Below are positions 30,117 through 40,439 of a stretch of DNA of 64,000 nucleotides, one piece after another. Where the stretch lies: positions 253,880-317,879 of the forward strand of contig JAWAFD010000001.1 in the NCBI GenBank assembly GCA_038890745.1, in the 5' to 3' direction. The stretch's first letter is position 1. Every line of letters starts with the position of its first letter. The translations under genes and the position numbers were made by a program. Under the pieces are notes generated by a model. The model was not told the origin of the DNA. It saw only the letters and a program-made list of their open reading frames with translations, and searched no databases. This DNA is from Candidatus Anstonellales archaeon. Its GTDB lineage: Archaea > Micrarchaeota > Micrarchaeia > Anstonellales > J096.

Positions 30117-31159
30117 ACCCCCTCCACCTTTCTTCCGCATTCCGGGCATTTTCCGTTCTTTATATTATTCCTCACAACATCAAACCATCTCCTTTCAACT
30201 AGTAAAAATTTACACTTTGGGCAGTATGTGTTTTCCTTTTCCCCCGCGCTTATGTTTCCAACATAAACATACTCCAGCCCTTCTTCCTTTCCTATCTCCC
30301 ATGCTCTGATTAGCGTTTTCTCTTCAGTTGGCGGAACATCCATCATTTGATAAGCCGGAAAGAATCTTGTAACATGCCAGGGCATTCCCCTATCCAACTC
30401 AGCAATCCATTTCGCAACCCATCTTAAAAATTCCTCGCTGTCATTCCATCCAGGAATGATGAGCGTTGTAATCTCAACCCATTTTTTTCTTTTTTTCAAT
30501 TCCTTTATTGCTTCCAAAACAGGCTCCAGCCTTGCACCGCTCAGCTCCCTGTAAAACCTATCATCCCCTTTTATATCTATATTATATGCATCTATGTATC
30601 CATCCGCATACTCTATCGACTCTTCTGTAATAAATCCATTAGAAACATAAACATTATACAGCCCCTTCTTCTTCGCGATTTTCGCGCAGTCCACGGCGTA
30701 TTCGCTGAATATTGTAGGCTCGTTGTAGGTATATGCCATCCCTTCGCACCCTTCAGCAACAGCCTCCTCTACAGCTCTTTCCGGAGCAAGGGATATGCTT
30801 CTCTCCTCAACCGCCCTCCTTGCCATTTCGGCCCCTTGCCCATAGGCTATTGCTTTTGGAAACTGGCTTAAATCCCAGTTCTGGCAAAACCTACACCTAA
30901 AATTGCATCCAAAAGTTCCTATCGAGTAAGCCCTTGTCCCGGGATAAAAATGAAAGAATGGTTTTTTTTCTATTGGGTCTATGTTCACAGCAGAAGGCCG
31001 ACCGTAAACAAAAAGATAAAGTTTTCCATCAATATTCCCTCTTATTCCGCATACACCCGTTTTTCCGTTTTGGATCGTGCACCTGTGCGCGCATGCCTTG
31101 CATCTCACTGCTTTGTTCTCCAGCTTCTCGTATAGAACGCACTCGTGCAACCCATTCAT
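30107..31159 (-). CDS. amrS: AmmeMemoRadiSam system radical SAM enzyme
   Basis: C..CAHRC…G.CG.R, DPIEKKPFFHF, GCNFRCRFCQNW, YTYNEP, TYCPKC. Confidence 0.94.
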   Translation of the reverse strand: MNGLHECVLYEKLENKAVRCKACAHRCTIQNGKTGVCGIRGNIDGKLYLFVYGRPSAVNIDPIEKKPFFHFYPGTRAYSIGTFGCNFRCRFCQNWDLSQFPKAIAYGQGAEMARRAVEERSISLAPERAVEEAVAEGCEGMAYTYNEPTIFSEYAVDCAKIAKKKGLYNVYVSNGFITEESIEYADGYIDAYNIDIKGDDRFYRELSGARLEPVLEAIKELKKRKKWVEITTLIIPGWNDSEEFLRWVAKWIAELDRGMPWHVTRFFPAYQMMDVPPTEEKTLIRAWEIGKEEGLEYVYVGNISAGEKENTYCPKCKFLLVERRWFDVVRNNIKNGKCPECGRKVEGVWR

Positions 31160-31229
31160 GGAATACAAACTCAAACAAAGCTTTAAATAGTTTTTGTGCG
31201 AAGCAGAGCCATTGTTTTGGGGTGGCCAT

Positions 31230-32342
31230 ATGTACAAAACAGATGAATTCGGTCCAGAGAGGGTACTCGAAGTTTATGACCAGAGAACAGGAATGCACGG
31301 GGTTCTTGTGATAGACAACACCGCCCTTGGTCCTGGAAAGGGCGGGATAAGGATGGTTCCTGACATTGCAACAGTAGAAGTGATGGGGCTTGCACGCGCC
31401 ATGACATGGAAGAATGCGCTCGCAGACCTTCCCTTTGGGGGTGCAAAGGCTGGAATAAGAGGAGACCCAAACTCCCCAAACAAGCTGGAAATCGTCCGGG
31501 CCTTTGCAAAAAAAATAAAAGAATTCATCCCATCCCTTTACGTTGCAGGTCCTGATATGTATATGGGAGAAAAGGAGATGGCAACAATCGCAGATGAGCT
31601 CGGGCCTGATTCCTGCACAGGAAAACCTTTTCACATGGGTGGTCTTCCTCACGAACTCGGCTCAACAGGGTTTGGGGTTGCGTGGTGCGCTCGTACTGTT
31701 ATGGATGAGCTTGAGGCAGGAATAGAAGGAATGAAGGTTGCAATAGAGGGGTTTGGAAATGTCGGAACATTCACCATGAAGTCCCTCGCGGAGTGGGGCG
31801 CGAAGGTTGTTGCTGTGAGCGATTCAAAAGGAACGATTTTCAATCCCGATGGATTAAACTATGAGAGGTTGATGGAGGTAAAGCAGAAATCCGGAACGGT
31901 TACTGCTTACAAACCCGGTGAGATTTTATCCAAAGAAAAACTTTTCGAGCTTGATGTTGATATCCTAATTCCTGGTGCAAGGCCAAATGTGATAAATGAA
32001 CAGAATTGGCAGAAAATAAATTCAAAATATATCGTTGAGGCTGCAAACATTCCGATTCCTGTTGATGTAGAGAAGAAGCTTGAGGATAAAGGTATGGTTG
32101 TTGTTCCTGATATATTAGCAAATGCCGGTGGTGTGATAAGCTCATACTGCGAAACAAAAAACATGAACCCCGAGCAGATGTTTGATACTGTAAGGTATAA
32201 AATAGTGACAAATACAAAGCTGGTAATAAACAAGCGTAGCGAGTCTAGATATACAAGGGATGCTGCCATGAGCATAGCAAGGGAAAGGGTAGTGGATGCG
32301 ATGAAGAAGAGGGGATGGAAACCAAACAATAAGCGTGTCTAA
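31230..32342 (+). CDS. gdh: Glu/Leu/Phe/Val dehydrogenase
   Basis: GPGKGGIR, MTWKNA..LPFGGAK, EGFGNVG, PDILANAGGV. Confidence 0.93.
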   Translation: MYKTDEFGPERVLEVYDQRTGMHGVLVIDNTALGPGKGGIRMVPDIATVEVMGLARAMTWKNALADLPFGGAKAGIRGDPNSPNKLEIVRAFAKKIKEFIPSLYVAGPDMYMGEKEMATIADELGPDSCTGKPFHMGGLPHELGSTGFGVAWCARTVMDELEAGIEGMKVAIEGFGNVGTFTMKSLAEWGAKVVAVSDSKGTIFNPDGLNYERLMEVKQKSGTVTAYKPGEILSKEKLFELDVDILIPGARPNVINEQNWQKINSKYIVEAANIPIPVDVEKKLEDKGMVVVPDILANAGGVISSYCETKNMNPEQMFDTVRYKIVTNTKLVINKRSESRYTRDAAMSIARERVVDAMKKRGWKPNNKRV

Positions 32343-32407
32343 TGATTTAGAAAGCCATTTAAACCCTTCTTATTAAAATTATTCCTCATTTGATTGAGGT
32401 GAGAAAT

Positions 32408-33463
32408 ATGACAAAAGAAAGACTAGCCAGCGACGAGTATGCAAAACTCGCAGCGATTGGCTTAATTGGATTGATAGTTGGTTTGCTGATAGGACCGATG
32501 ATAATTCCAGCGCAGCCAGTGGTTGAAAACAAAACAGAAGAGGTTTTTTCTCCAAACATGCAGAAGATAAATGAAATAAAAGCGCTGTTCGAGGACTACT
32601 ACTATCTACAAACCGGTAAAAAAATCACTCTTTCTTATGTGAGCACTCAAAAGCTGGGAAACTTGTTGCTCATAAAATTTCAAACTCCAGACAATTCGCC
32701 GGTTCAGGTGTACACTACAGAAGACTATGTCTATCTTATACCGAACGTGATAAAATACGCTGACTTAAAACAAAGCATAGACGCTGCAAAATCCCAACTT
32801 GAGCAGATGGAAAAAGAATCCCAAACGACTCAGATGAAATCCGAAAAACCAGATGTTAAACTCTATATCATGAGCTTCTGTCCTTATGGAAACGTTGCTG
32901 AGCAGGCTTTCAATTCTGTAATACATACGCTCGGTGATACCATCGCCTTTGAACCGGTTTACATAATCTACGATGAAACTGTCAGCCCAGCATACAGCGC
33001 AAGCAACACAGAGTATTGTACTGTGGATGATAAGAATGTTACATACTGTTCTATGCATGGAATGAATGAGCTTAGGCAAGGGATTAGGGAAATAGCGATA
33101 TACAAACTTTATGGTGCAGGTACATGGGCGGATTATGTTGATGCTGTCGATAAGCAATGCACCCTCCAAAATATCGAAGAGTGTTGGAAAACGGTTGCAG
33201 AAAACATGAACCTAAACTCATCCGAAATAGAAGCATACTACAATGAGCACATGTACGAAATACTTGCAGACCAGAAAGAGAAAACATTCTCAGCAGGAAA
33301 GTTCGGCTCACCATCCATAGTAATAAATGGAAAGGATTACAGCGGCTCACGAACATCAGAGGCTTTCAAGACAGCCATATGCGCTGCATTCATCGCTCAA
33401 CCCGAAAACTGCAACGCAACGCTTTCAGAAACCCAAGCAGCACCCTCTGGTTCTTGCGGATGA
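32408..33463 (+). CDS. Membrane-anchored thioredoxin-fold (DsbA/GILT-like) protein
   Basis: N-terminal TM helix, MSFCPYG, SMHG..E, GSPSIVING, C-terminal cysteines. Confidence 0.75.
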   Translation: MTKERLASDEYAKLAAIGLIGLIVGLLIGPMIIPAQPVVENKTEEVFSPNMQKINEIKALFEDYYYLQTGKKITLSYVSTQKLGNLLLIKFQTPDNSPVQVYTTEDYVYLIPNVIKYADLKQSIDAAKSQLEQMEKESQTTQMKSEKPDVKLYIMSFCPYGNVAEQAFNSVIHTLGDTIAFEPVYIIYDETVSPAYSASNTEYCTVDDKNVTYCSMHGMNELRQGIREIAIYKLYGAGTWADYVDAVDKQCTLQNIEECWKTVAENMNLNSSEIEAYYNEHMYEILADQKEKTFSAGKFGSPSIVINGKDYSGSRTSEAFKTAICAAFIAQPENCNATLSETQAAPSGSCG

Positions 33464-33492
33464 ATTAAAAACACTTCTTTTCTTTCTTTTTT

Positions 33493-35130
33493 ATGGAACC
33501 AAAAAAAATTCTTATTACAGCCGCTCTTCCTTATGCAAACGGTCCGTTGCATCTTGGCCATATCAGGAGCACGTATCTCCCGGCAGATATATGCGCAAGG
33601 TACAATAGGCTCAAGGGGAATGAAACCCTTTACATATGCGCAAGCGATGAGCACGGCACGCCCATAGTTTTCAACGCTGAGAAGGAGGGGAAATCTCCCA
33701 AAGAGTTTGTAGATTACTACCATGAAAAAGACAAGCAGGAGTTCGAGGCATTGGGTTTCAGCATGGACATTTTTCACAGAACAAGCAGCAAAGAAAATGT
33801 TGAAATGACCCAGCACTTCTTTCTAAGGTTAAAAGAAAATGGGCATGTATACAAAAAGTCCGTTGAGCAATACTACTGCCCAAAAGAAAACCGTTTTCTT
33901 CCAGACAGGTATGTAAAGGGAACATGTCCCTATTGCGGTGCGGACGAGCAGTACAGCGACCAATGCGAATCCTGTGGGAGAACCTTAAAACCGGGCGAGA
34001 TACAAAACCCAAAATGTGCTGTATGCAAAACCCCGCCCATTCTAAAAGAGACAGAGCACTATTTTTTTGCACTCAGTAAATTCTCAGAAAAACTCAAAGG
34101 ATGGATAGAAAGCAACCCGGAGTTTCAGGTTGAGGTAAAGAATTTTGTTCTGAACTGGATTGAAGAAGGATTGAGGGACTGGGACATAACAAGAAACCTT
34201 AATTGGGGCGTTCCTGTTCCAAATGAAAAAAACCTTGTTTTCTATGTATGGTTTGATGCACCCATTGGCTATCTCAGCTCAACCGTTGCGCTCACTAAAA
34301 AATGGCAGGAGTTTTGGAAAAATAAAAACGCAAAAATCATCCATTTCATCGGTAAGGACATCACCTACCACCACTACCTCTTCTGGCCGGCTATGCTCAT
34401 GGGAACAGATGAAAATTTCAATCTTCCGAATGCAATTCCTGTGCGCGGATACTTAAATCTGGAGCAAAAAAAATTCTCGAAGAGCCGTGGCTGGTACATA
34501 ACGCTTGGGGATTATTTAAAAATTTTCCACCCCGATTTTCTCCGCTACTACGAAACAGCCATTACCCCCCACGCACCGACGGATGCAAGCTTTTCCTTGG
34601 AAGAGTTTAAGGACCGTGTGAACAATGAGCTTGTTGCAAACTTCGCAAACCTTGCATTCAGGATTCTTTCACTCATGAACAAAAAGCTTGATGGAAAGAT
34701 TGAAGAGAGTAAACTAGATAAGCATGGCGAACTTCTTATTGAGAAGATTATAGAAGAAAGTAAAGAAATAGATGCGCTTTATGAAAAATATGAATACAAA
34801 GCAGCGCTAGAAAAAGCCATGCACCTTTCTTCAGAAGTGAATAGGTACATAAGCGAGAGGGAGCCGTGGAAAGAAACAGATCAAGAAAAAATAAGACGGA
34901 CGCTCTACACCTCCCTGATTTCTCTCTTCTATGTTTCCATCCTTCTTGAGCCCATCATTCCGTTTACCTCAAGAAAATTCTGGAAAATGCTGCAGGTGGA
35001 TGAAAAAAGCGTAAGATGGAGTGATATAGGAAAGAGAAAAATAGAAAAACTTAAATTGGAGAATGTTGAGCATTTGTTAGATAAAATAACAGATGAGCAA
35101 ATTGGGGAGATGAGAAAACTTTTAGAATGA
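33493..35130 (+). CDS. metG: Methionyl-tRNA synthetase (no C-terminal Trbp domain)
   Basis: ALPYANGPLHLGH, Zn knuckles, YVWFDAPIGY, KFSKS. Confidence 0.98.
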   Translation: MEPKKILITAALPYANGPLHLGHIRSTYLPADICARYNRLKGNETLYICASDEHGTPIVFNAEKEGKSPKEFVDYYHEKDKQEFEALGFSMDIFHRTSSKENVEMTQHFFLRLKENGHVYKKSVEQYYCPKENRFLPDRYVKGTCPYCGADEQYSDQCESCGRTLKPGEIQNPKCAVCKTPPILKETEHYFFALSKFSEKLKGWIESNPEFQVEVKNFVLNWIEEGLRDWDITRNLNWGVPVPNEKNLVFYVWFDAPIGYLSSTVALTKKWQEFWKNKNAKIIHFIGKDITYHHYLFWPAMLMGTDENFNLPNAIPVRGYLNLEQKKFSKSRGWYITLGDYLKIFHPDFLRYYETAITPHAPTDASFSLEEFKDRVNNELVANFANLAFRILSLMNKKLDGKIEESKLDKHGELLIEKIIEESKEIDALYEKYEYKAALEKAMHLSSEVNRYISEREPWKETDQEKIRRTLYTSLISLFYVSILLEPIIPFTSRKFWKMLQVDEKSVRWSDIGKRKIEKLKLENVEHLLDKITDEQIGEMRKLLE

Positions 35131-35514
35131 TTACTTAATCAAAACTCCGTTCACGACTCCATCCTGCCCGGGCCTTGAAGTAACCTTTACCTTTCCTATC
35201 TCTGTATTAATGATCGCACCTTTTGTGATTATATTCTGCCTTGTGTAGTGAGGGTTGTTCCCTTCTAACACAGAAATTATTTTAGCCTTTTTTACCCCTT
35301 TATCCGTTGCAACATTTACGTATACTGCTTTTTGTAGCTTAATCTTTCTTCCCCCACCTTTTGTTCTCACCATTTTCTTCTTCTCGCTCTCACTTGTTTT
35401 TGTGGATGCGAACTCTCCTCCAACATGCGCAAGCCTCTTATCCCTATTCCCTATCCTTTTTCCACCTGTCCCTTTCGAAACCTTTCCTCTGTAAGCCTCG
35501 TGATACTGCTCCAT
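35131..35514 (-). CDS. rps8e: 30S ribosomal protein S8e
   Basis: TGG, RTKGG, RQNIITKGAII.TEIG…VTSRPGQDGVVN. Confidence 0.96.
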   Translation of the reverse strand: MEQYHEAYRGKVSKGTGGKRIGNRDKRLAHVGGEFASTKTSESEKKKMVRTKGGGRKIKLQKAVYVNVATDKGVKKAKIISVLEGNNPHYTRQNIITKGAIINTEIGKVKVTSRPGQDGVVNGVLIK

Positions 35515-35578
35515 AGCCTTCTCCCTCTCCATTTTTTATACTAGCTTTTATATTCCTTTCCGAACTATTTAAAAAGTT

Positions 35579-35926
35579 ATGGAAATGTTTATCGTGGGGC
35601 AGGAAGAAGCTGATAGATGGAAAGAAAAAAGGAACGTGCTCGTTCTTGATCCTGAGAAGGTTTCTCTGGAAGGGATACGACTTGCGTATGCGCTCGCAAA
35701 AAAAGCTTTTGAGGAAAAGAAAAACATCGCCACCTCTTTTCACATGGAATTCGCCCTTTGGCTTAGCGGAAAGACAAACATCTCCTCTGCTCTGAAAGAG
35801 CTTTCTCCGAATCAAGAAAGGGCGCTGGTGCTTGATTTCAATTCCAAAAAAAAGAGAATTGCGAGAGGAATAAGAAAAAACGCAACATGGCAGGAGATAG
35901 AAAGGATTTCTTTAAGCCGGCTCTAA
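35579..35926 (+). CDS. cgi121: KEOPS subunit Cgi121-like protein (short)
   Basis: AKKAFEEKKNIATSFHMEFALWLSGKTNISSAL resembles the Cgi121 core. Confidence 0.7.
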   Translation: MEMFIVGQEEADRWKEKRNVLVLDPEKVSLEGIRLAYALAKKAFEEKKNIATSFHMEFALWLSGKTNISSALKELSPNQERALVLDFNSKKKRIARGIRKNATWQEIERISLSRL

Positions 35927-37150
35927 CCCAAGCTGTTTATACAATAACTCCTTATCAACAGGCAACTCTATTCCCAAAACTTTATGTATGAACAAAAATA
36001 TATCAACAACGTTCGCCTTCTCTTTTTTCTCAGCATATATCATATCGGCCATCTGCTTGAAATTCATCTCTCCTCCTATGAGTTCGTAAAGCATGACCCC
36101 TTCCAGCCCATATTTTTTAAATATTGTATACGCATCCTCCCCGTACCTTTTTCGTATCTCCTTTCTCGTAAGTGGTTTAAGCACAACCACCCCATACATT
36201 TCCAGCTCTTTCAATATTTTTTTAACAGTATATATGGGAACACGCAGCTTTTTGCTTATTTGAATTACATCGTTCTTTCCATCTATACTGTCAAAAATTT
36301 TTCCTCCTTCATTTCCATACGAGATAAGAATTCTTGCCCTTGCCTTTATCCCTTTTATCACATCCGCACCCCTTGATTTTATTGGTACCTCAATTGGCGA
36401 GACCTCGGTAGGTAGCTTCTCTTCTTCCTCCACCTCTCCAAGCTCGCCGGTGATGGGACCGAACCTCTCCTTCTTCTCTTCAGCTTTTTTCTTTTTTTCC
36501 GGATGCTCGAGTTTTATTATTCCCTTCTCTTCCAAAAAATTTAATATCTCGACTAATTTTTCCTCGCTTATCCCAACCTCGGACATTATCTGCTCAGCAG
36601 TTCTTATCCCATCTATTCTGTTGTATACTTCCAACCCTATCTTCCCATACTTGTCGTATATTATTTTATCCACAGGAGTGAGCTCCTTTTCCTCCTTTGG
36701 TTTTTCTTCCTCGATTTTTTCCGCCTCTATCGGCTTTATGGCTGGCTTTATCTCCTCAGGCTCCTTTGTTTCAGGTACCTCGGCAACTTCCTCTTTTTCT
36801 ACAACAATCTCCTCTTTTTCCTCCGGCATTTCTGGTTTTATCTCTTCTACCTTCTTTTCCTCTCCTACCTCGATTTTAGTTGGTTCTGCTTTTGGTTTTA
36901 TCGGCTCCTCGCCCTTTGCACTCGCCACCCCCTTTTCAAGCATAAAATTTACCATCTCCAAAACCTTCCCTTCCTCCAGCCCGATTTCCTTTGCTATCTC
37001 CCCAACCGTTTTCTTTCCATCTAGCGCATTGTACACTTTAAGCGCATCCTTTCCAAACTTTTTAAGAACGATATTCTGATTTTTGAACTTCTGCAAAGGA
37101 CCCGTCTCTATTTTTTCAACGACACTATCCTTATCAATAGCCATACTCAT
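35912..37150 (-). CDS. Protein with four repeated winged-HTH-like modules and an acidic linker
   Basis: Repeated K.G..G..VY..IDG..T…I….G motif; divergent from the pilus operon. Confidence 0.65.
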   Translation of the reverse strand: MSMAIDKDSVVEKIETGPLQKFKNQNIVLKKFGKDALKVYNALDGKKTVGEIAKEIGLEEGKVLEMVNFMLEKGVASAKGEEPIKPKAEPTKIEVGEEKKVEEIKPEMPEEKEEIVVEKEEVAEVPETKEPEEIKPAIKPIEAEKIEEEKPKEEKELTPVDKIIYDKYGKIGLEVYNRIDGIRTAEQIMSEVGISEEKLVEILNFLEEKGIIKLEHPEKKKKAEEKKERFGPITGELGEVEEEEKLPTEVSPIEVPIKSRGADVIKGIKARARILISYGNEGGKIFDSIDGKNDVIQISKKLRVPIYTVKKILKELEMYGVVVLKPLTRKEIRKRYGEDAYTIFKKYGLEGVMLYELIGGEMNFKQMADMIYAEKKEKANVVDIFLFIHKVLGIELPVDKELLYKQLGLEPA

Positions 37151-37204
37151 CCTGAATTTAGTTTTCCCAAAATATTTATTAATCATACCTATAAAATAAA
37201 AAGC

Positions 37205-38932
37205 ATGGAAGATGCGCTGTCTGATGCCCTCATTTCTACTGCCATCGACAAATTCATCAGGCTTATAAAAGAAAAAGGAAAGATAGAGTTGGGGCTTGCT
37301 TCAAGAATTCTCAATGTCCCAACAGCAACAATAGAAGAGTGGGCGCACATTTTGGATGATGAGGGAATAATAGATATAGAGTACAAGCTATCGAAGGTTT
37401 ATGCTGTGTGGGTTGTGCCTTCCGAAGAAGAGATTGCGAGGGAAAAGGGTGAGTTTGAGGAGCATAGAAAAGAGGTTGTGGCTGAGTTTGAGAAAACAAA
37501 AGAAAGGGTAGAGAAGGAGAAGGCAGAGATAGAATCCATCTCTTCCCTGCTTGAGCAGTATGATGAGAAGATAAGCAAAAGGGTAGCGGGGATAGAATCA
37601 ACGCTCCGCGCGCTCGAAGAGGAGAAGAAAAAACAGGAGGATGCCTACTACGAAAATCTGGACAAGCTTGAAAATATCCTTGCAAAAATTTCTGAGATAA
37701 ACGATTCCATAAATTTCTTAGAAGCAAACCTGAGAAAGATTTCTGAAAAGATGACCTCGTTTGATATCTCTGAGAATGTTGAGGGAATAGAAGGGATGAA
37801 AAAAGAAGTGGAGGAGCTTAACAGAAAATACTCTGAGATAGAGAAGCGCGTGGAGTCCACGAAAGAATCCCTGCTGAAATATACTGGAAGCACGGATGTA
37901 TCCAGCATTGTTTCTAGGTTTGAAGATATAGAAAAACAATATGCAAAATTGAGTAAGGTTTTTGAGGAGATAAAAGAGGCCTCCCATACCCTTACATCCT
38001 CATCCGAGATCATAGAAAGCACAACAAAAGCCCTCGAAAATTTGGAGGTTAGGAAGAATGCACTTCTCAAAGAGCTGCGCTCTGTTTCCGGAAGCCCTGA
38101 AGAGGTTGAGAGAAAACTTGCTTCAATAATAGAAAGAAAAAAATCTGTTGAGAAAGAGCTCTTTGAATTAGGAGAAAATCTTGAACTCGCAAAATCTATT
38201 CTGAGCGGCGCAGAGGTCCAGGATGTCCTAGCCAAGGTAAGGGAGGCAGATAGTAAATTCCTTTCTTTGGGCGAGGAGATGGAAAAATTAAGGAATGTTG
38301 TAAGCAGCATTGAAAGGTTTAAGGATGTTGATGAGATCATAAATGAACTTTCAGAGCTGAAGGATAGGGTAGAGGCGAGCAGGGAAAGGCTCGCGAGCGA
38401 GGCCGGTGCGATATTCGATGCCGTCAACGAAGAGGTCTCTACCTTTGCTTCCTACCAGAAGATAAAGGATAAAATAATGGCTGCTGTGCAGGAGCAGTTC
38501 GGCCAGCTTGAGGACATAAAACGAAAATACAGCGCTGTTAAGGAGGATGTTGAAAAATTAGAGGGCTCTCTTGATGCGCTATTCAATAAGCTCAGGGGGG
38601 AGGGAATAAGCGATGAAGCCAAGGCTGCTTTTGAAGAGGCAGAAAATTTGGTCAAAAAGAAAAGATCATTTGAGGAGATAAAAGCTACAATCTCCGATTT
38701 GAAAAACAGGATCACAAACCTGGCAAAAGAAATAAGTCTTCTTTCAAAAGAGCTCGAGCTTATAAACCTCAGAGCCGGTGGAGAGGGGCTTAAGGAATTT
38801 GAAAGTAAGGCAGAATTGACGGGTGAGGAGCTGAGGAGGTATGAGGAAAAAAAGAGGGAGGTAAGCGAGATTGTGAAAAGGCTCTGGGAGGCTGAGGGTG
38901 AAAAAGAAAAAGATAAGGGTGAGAAAGAATAG
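37205..38932 (+). CDS. Long coiled-coil protein with N-terminal wHTH-like domain (pilus operon)
   Basis: IDKFIRLIKEKGKI….ASRILNV….IEEWAHIL…GII N-terminus, then about 500 aa of heptad-rich helix. Confidence 0.7.
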   Translation: MEDALSDALISTAIDKFIRLIKEKGKIELGLASRILNVPTATIEEWAHILDDEGIIDIEYKLSKVYAVWVVPSEEEIAREKGEFEEHRKEVVAEFEKTKERVEKEKAEIESISSLLEQYDEKISKRVAGIESTLRALEEEKKKQEDAYYENLDKLENILAKISEINDSINFLEANLRKISEKMTSFDISENVEGIEGMKKEVEELNRKYSEIEKRVESTKESLLKYTGSTDVSSIVSRFEDIEKQYAKLSKVFEEIKEASHTLTSSSEIIESTTKALENLEVRKNALLKELRSVSGSPEEVERKLASIIERKKSVEKELFELGENLELAKSILSGAEVQDVLAKVREADSKFLSLGEEMEKLRNVVSSIERFKDVDEIINELSELKDRVEASRERLASEAGAIFDAVNEEVSTFASYQKIKDKIMAAVQEQFGQLEDIKRKYSAVKEDVEKLEGSLDALFNKLRGEGISDEAKAAFEEAENLVKKKRSFEEIKATISDLKNRITNLAKEISLLSKELELINLRAGGEGLKEFESKAELTGEELRRYEEKKREVSEIVKRLWEAEGEKEKDKGEKE

Positions 38933-38945
38933 GAGGATGGTTTTT

Positions 38946-40439
38946 ATGGTGGATGAAAAAAAGATAAAAATACTTGAAAGTTATGGGTTTAAGAGTGAGG
39001 GAATACCTGTTGTTGTGACTATTGTAAAAAAAGACGACTTTGTCCCCTACTATGAAATAAAGATCCCTGGGATTGCAGAAGGAACAAAGGTTCTGCTCGA
39101 AACAAAGCTAAAGGGAGAGCTTCTTGCAAAGGTAGAGCTGGATATAAGCGATATCCTAGACCCTAAAAAATCCGCTGAGGTAAAGGAAAAATTCTTCAAG
39201 GCGGCCATGGAGCTTCTTGAAAAAAATTTCGCTTCCCTTCCTCCAGAGAAAAGAGAGCTTCTTGCCTCATACCTGATACAAAACACCCTGGGGTTGGGTG
39301 AGCTTGAGGTCATACTTTCTGATGAAAGGCTTGAAGAGGTAGTAATAAACAATGCAAAGGAGCCGGTGTGGGTGTATCACAAAAAATTTGGCTGGTGCAA
39401 GACAAACCTTAAAGTGCGGGATGAACAGACCATCTACGATTACTCCTCGCTCATTGCAAGAAAGGTGGGAAGACAGATAAACGTTCTCAATCCATTGCTT
39501 GATGCCCATCTCCCAAGCGGAGACAGGGTCAACTCGACGCTTTTTCCAATCTCTGGATTCGGGAATACGATTACAATAAGAAAGTTTGCAAAAAATCCAT
39601 GGACGGTCACAACGATCATGGAAAACGGTACGGTTAGCGCGGATGTTCTTGCGCTTATATGGCTTTGCATACAGAATGAGCTTTCCCTCCTTGTTTCAGG
39701 TGGAACCGGAAGCGGAAAGACATCCTTCCTCAATGCAATCGCAGGCCTTATTCCAGCGAACCAGAGAATAATAAGCATTGAAGATACCAGAGAGCTTACC
39801 CTTCCTTCATTCCTTCACTGGGTTCCGTTAGTAACCCGCGAGCCTAACCCTGAGGGAAAAGGAGAGGTAAGCATGCTCATGCTTATGATAAACTCCCTCA
39901 GGATGAGGCCAGACAGGATAATAGTAGGAGAAATAAGGAGAGAGAGGGAGGCAGAGGTTTTGTTTGAAGCCATGCACACAGGCCACAGCGTTTACTCAAC
40001 CCTCCATGCAGATAATGCTGAACAAACCATCTCCCGTCTTACTACACCGCCCATAAACCTTCCACATGAGGTTCTTGATGCCTTGGCTGGGATAGTTGTT
40101 CAAATAAGGCACAGAAGGTTCAATTTTAGGAGATGCCTTGAGTTTGCAGAGGTGCATAAGAACGGAGAGTTGAATATAGTTTACAGATGGGATGCGAGAA
40201 AGGATGAGATCCGACAGGTCAATCCTTTAGACAGAATAATTACTCTTCTAGACCTTTACGCAGGAATGACAGAAAAGGAGATAGAGCAGGATATTGAGGA
40301 GAAAAAGGATATCCTAAAATGGATGGTTTCAAAAAAGTACTTTGATGTTGACCTTGTTGGGAAAATAGTTTCAAGCTACTACATGAACCCAGATGAGGTT
40401 GTTGAGTACGCTCGGGCCGGAAAGGACTGGGTGTTCTGA
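38946..40439 (+). CDS. Type IV pilus / Tad secretion ATPase (CpaF/VirB11 family)
   Basis: GGTGSGKTS, IEDTREL, LRMRPDRIIVGEIR, AMHTGH. Confidence 0.96.
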   Translation: MVDEKKIKILESYGFKSEGIPVVVTIVKKDDFVPYYEIKIPGIAEGTKVLLETKLKGELLAKVELDISDILDPKKSAEVKEKFFKAAMELLEKNFASLPPEKRELLASYLIQNTLGLGELEVILSDERLEEVVINNAKEPVWVYHKKFGWCKTNLKVRDEQTIYDYSSLIARKVGRQINVLNPLLDAHLPSGDRVNSTLFPISGFGNTITIRKFAKNPWTVTTIMENGTVSADVLALIWLCIQNELSLLVSGGTGSGKTSFLNAIAGLIPANQRIISIEDTRELTLPSFLHWVPLVTREPNPEGKGEVSMLMLMINSLRMRPDRIIVGEIRREREAEVLFEAMHTGHSVYSTLHADNAEQTISRLTTPPINLPHEVLDALAGIVVQIRHRRFNFRRCLEFAEVHKNGELNIVYRWDARKDEIRQVNPLDRIITLLDLYAGMTEKEIEQDIEEKKDILKWMVSKKYFDVDLVGKIVSSYYMNPDEVVEYARAGKDWVF

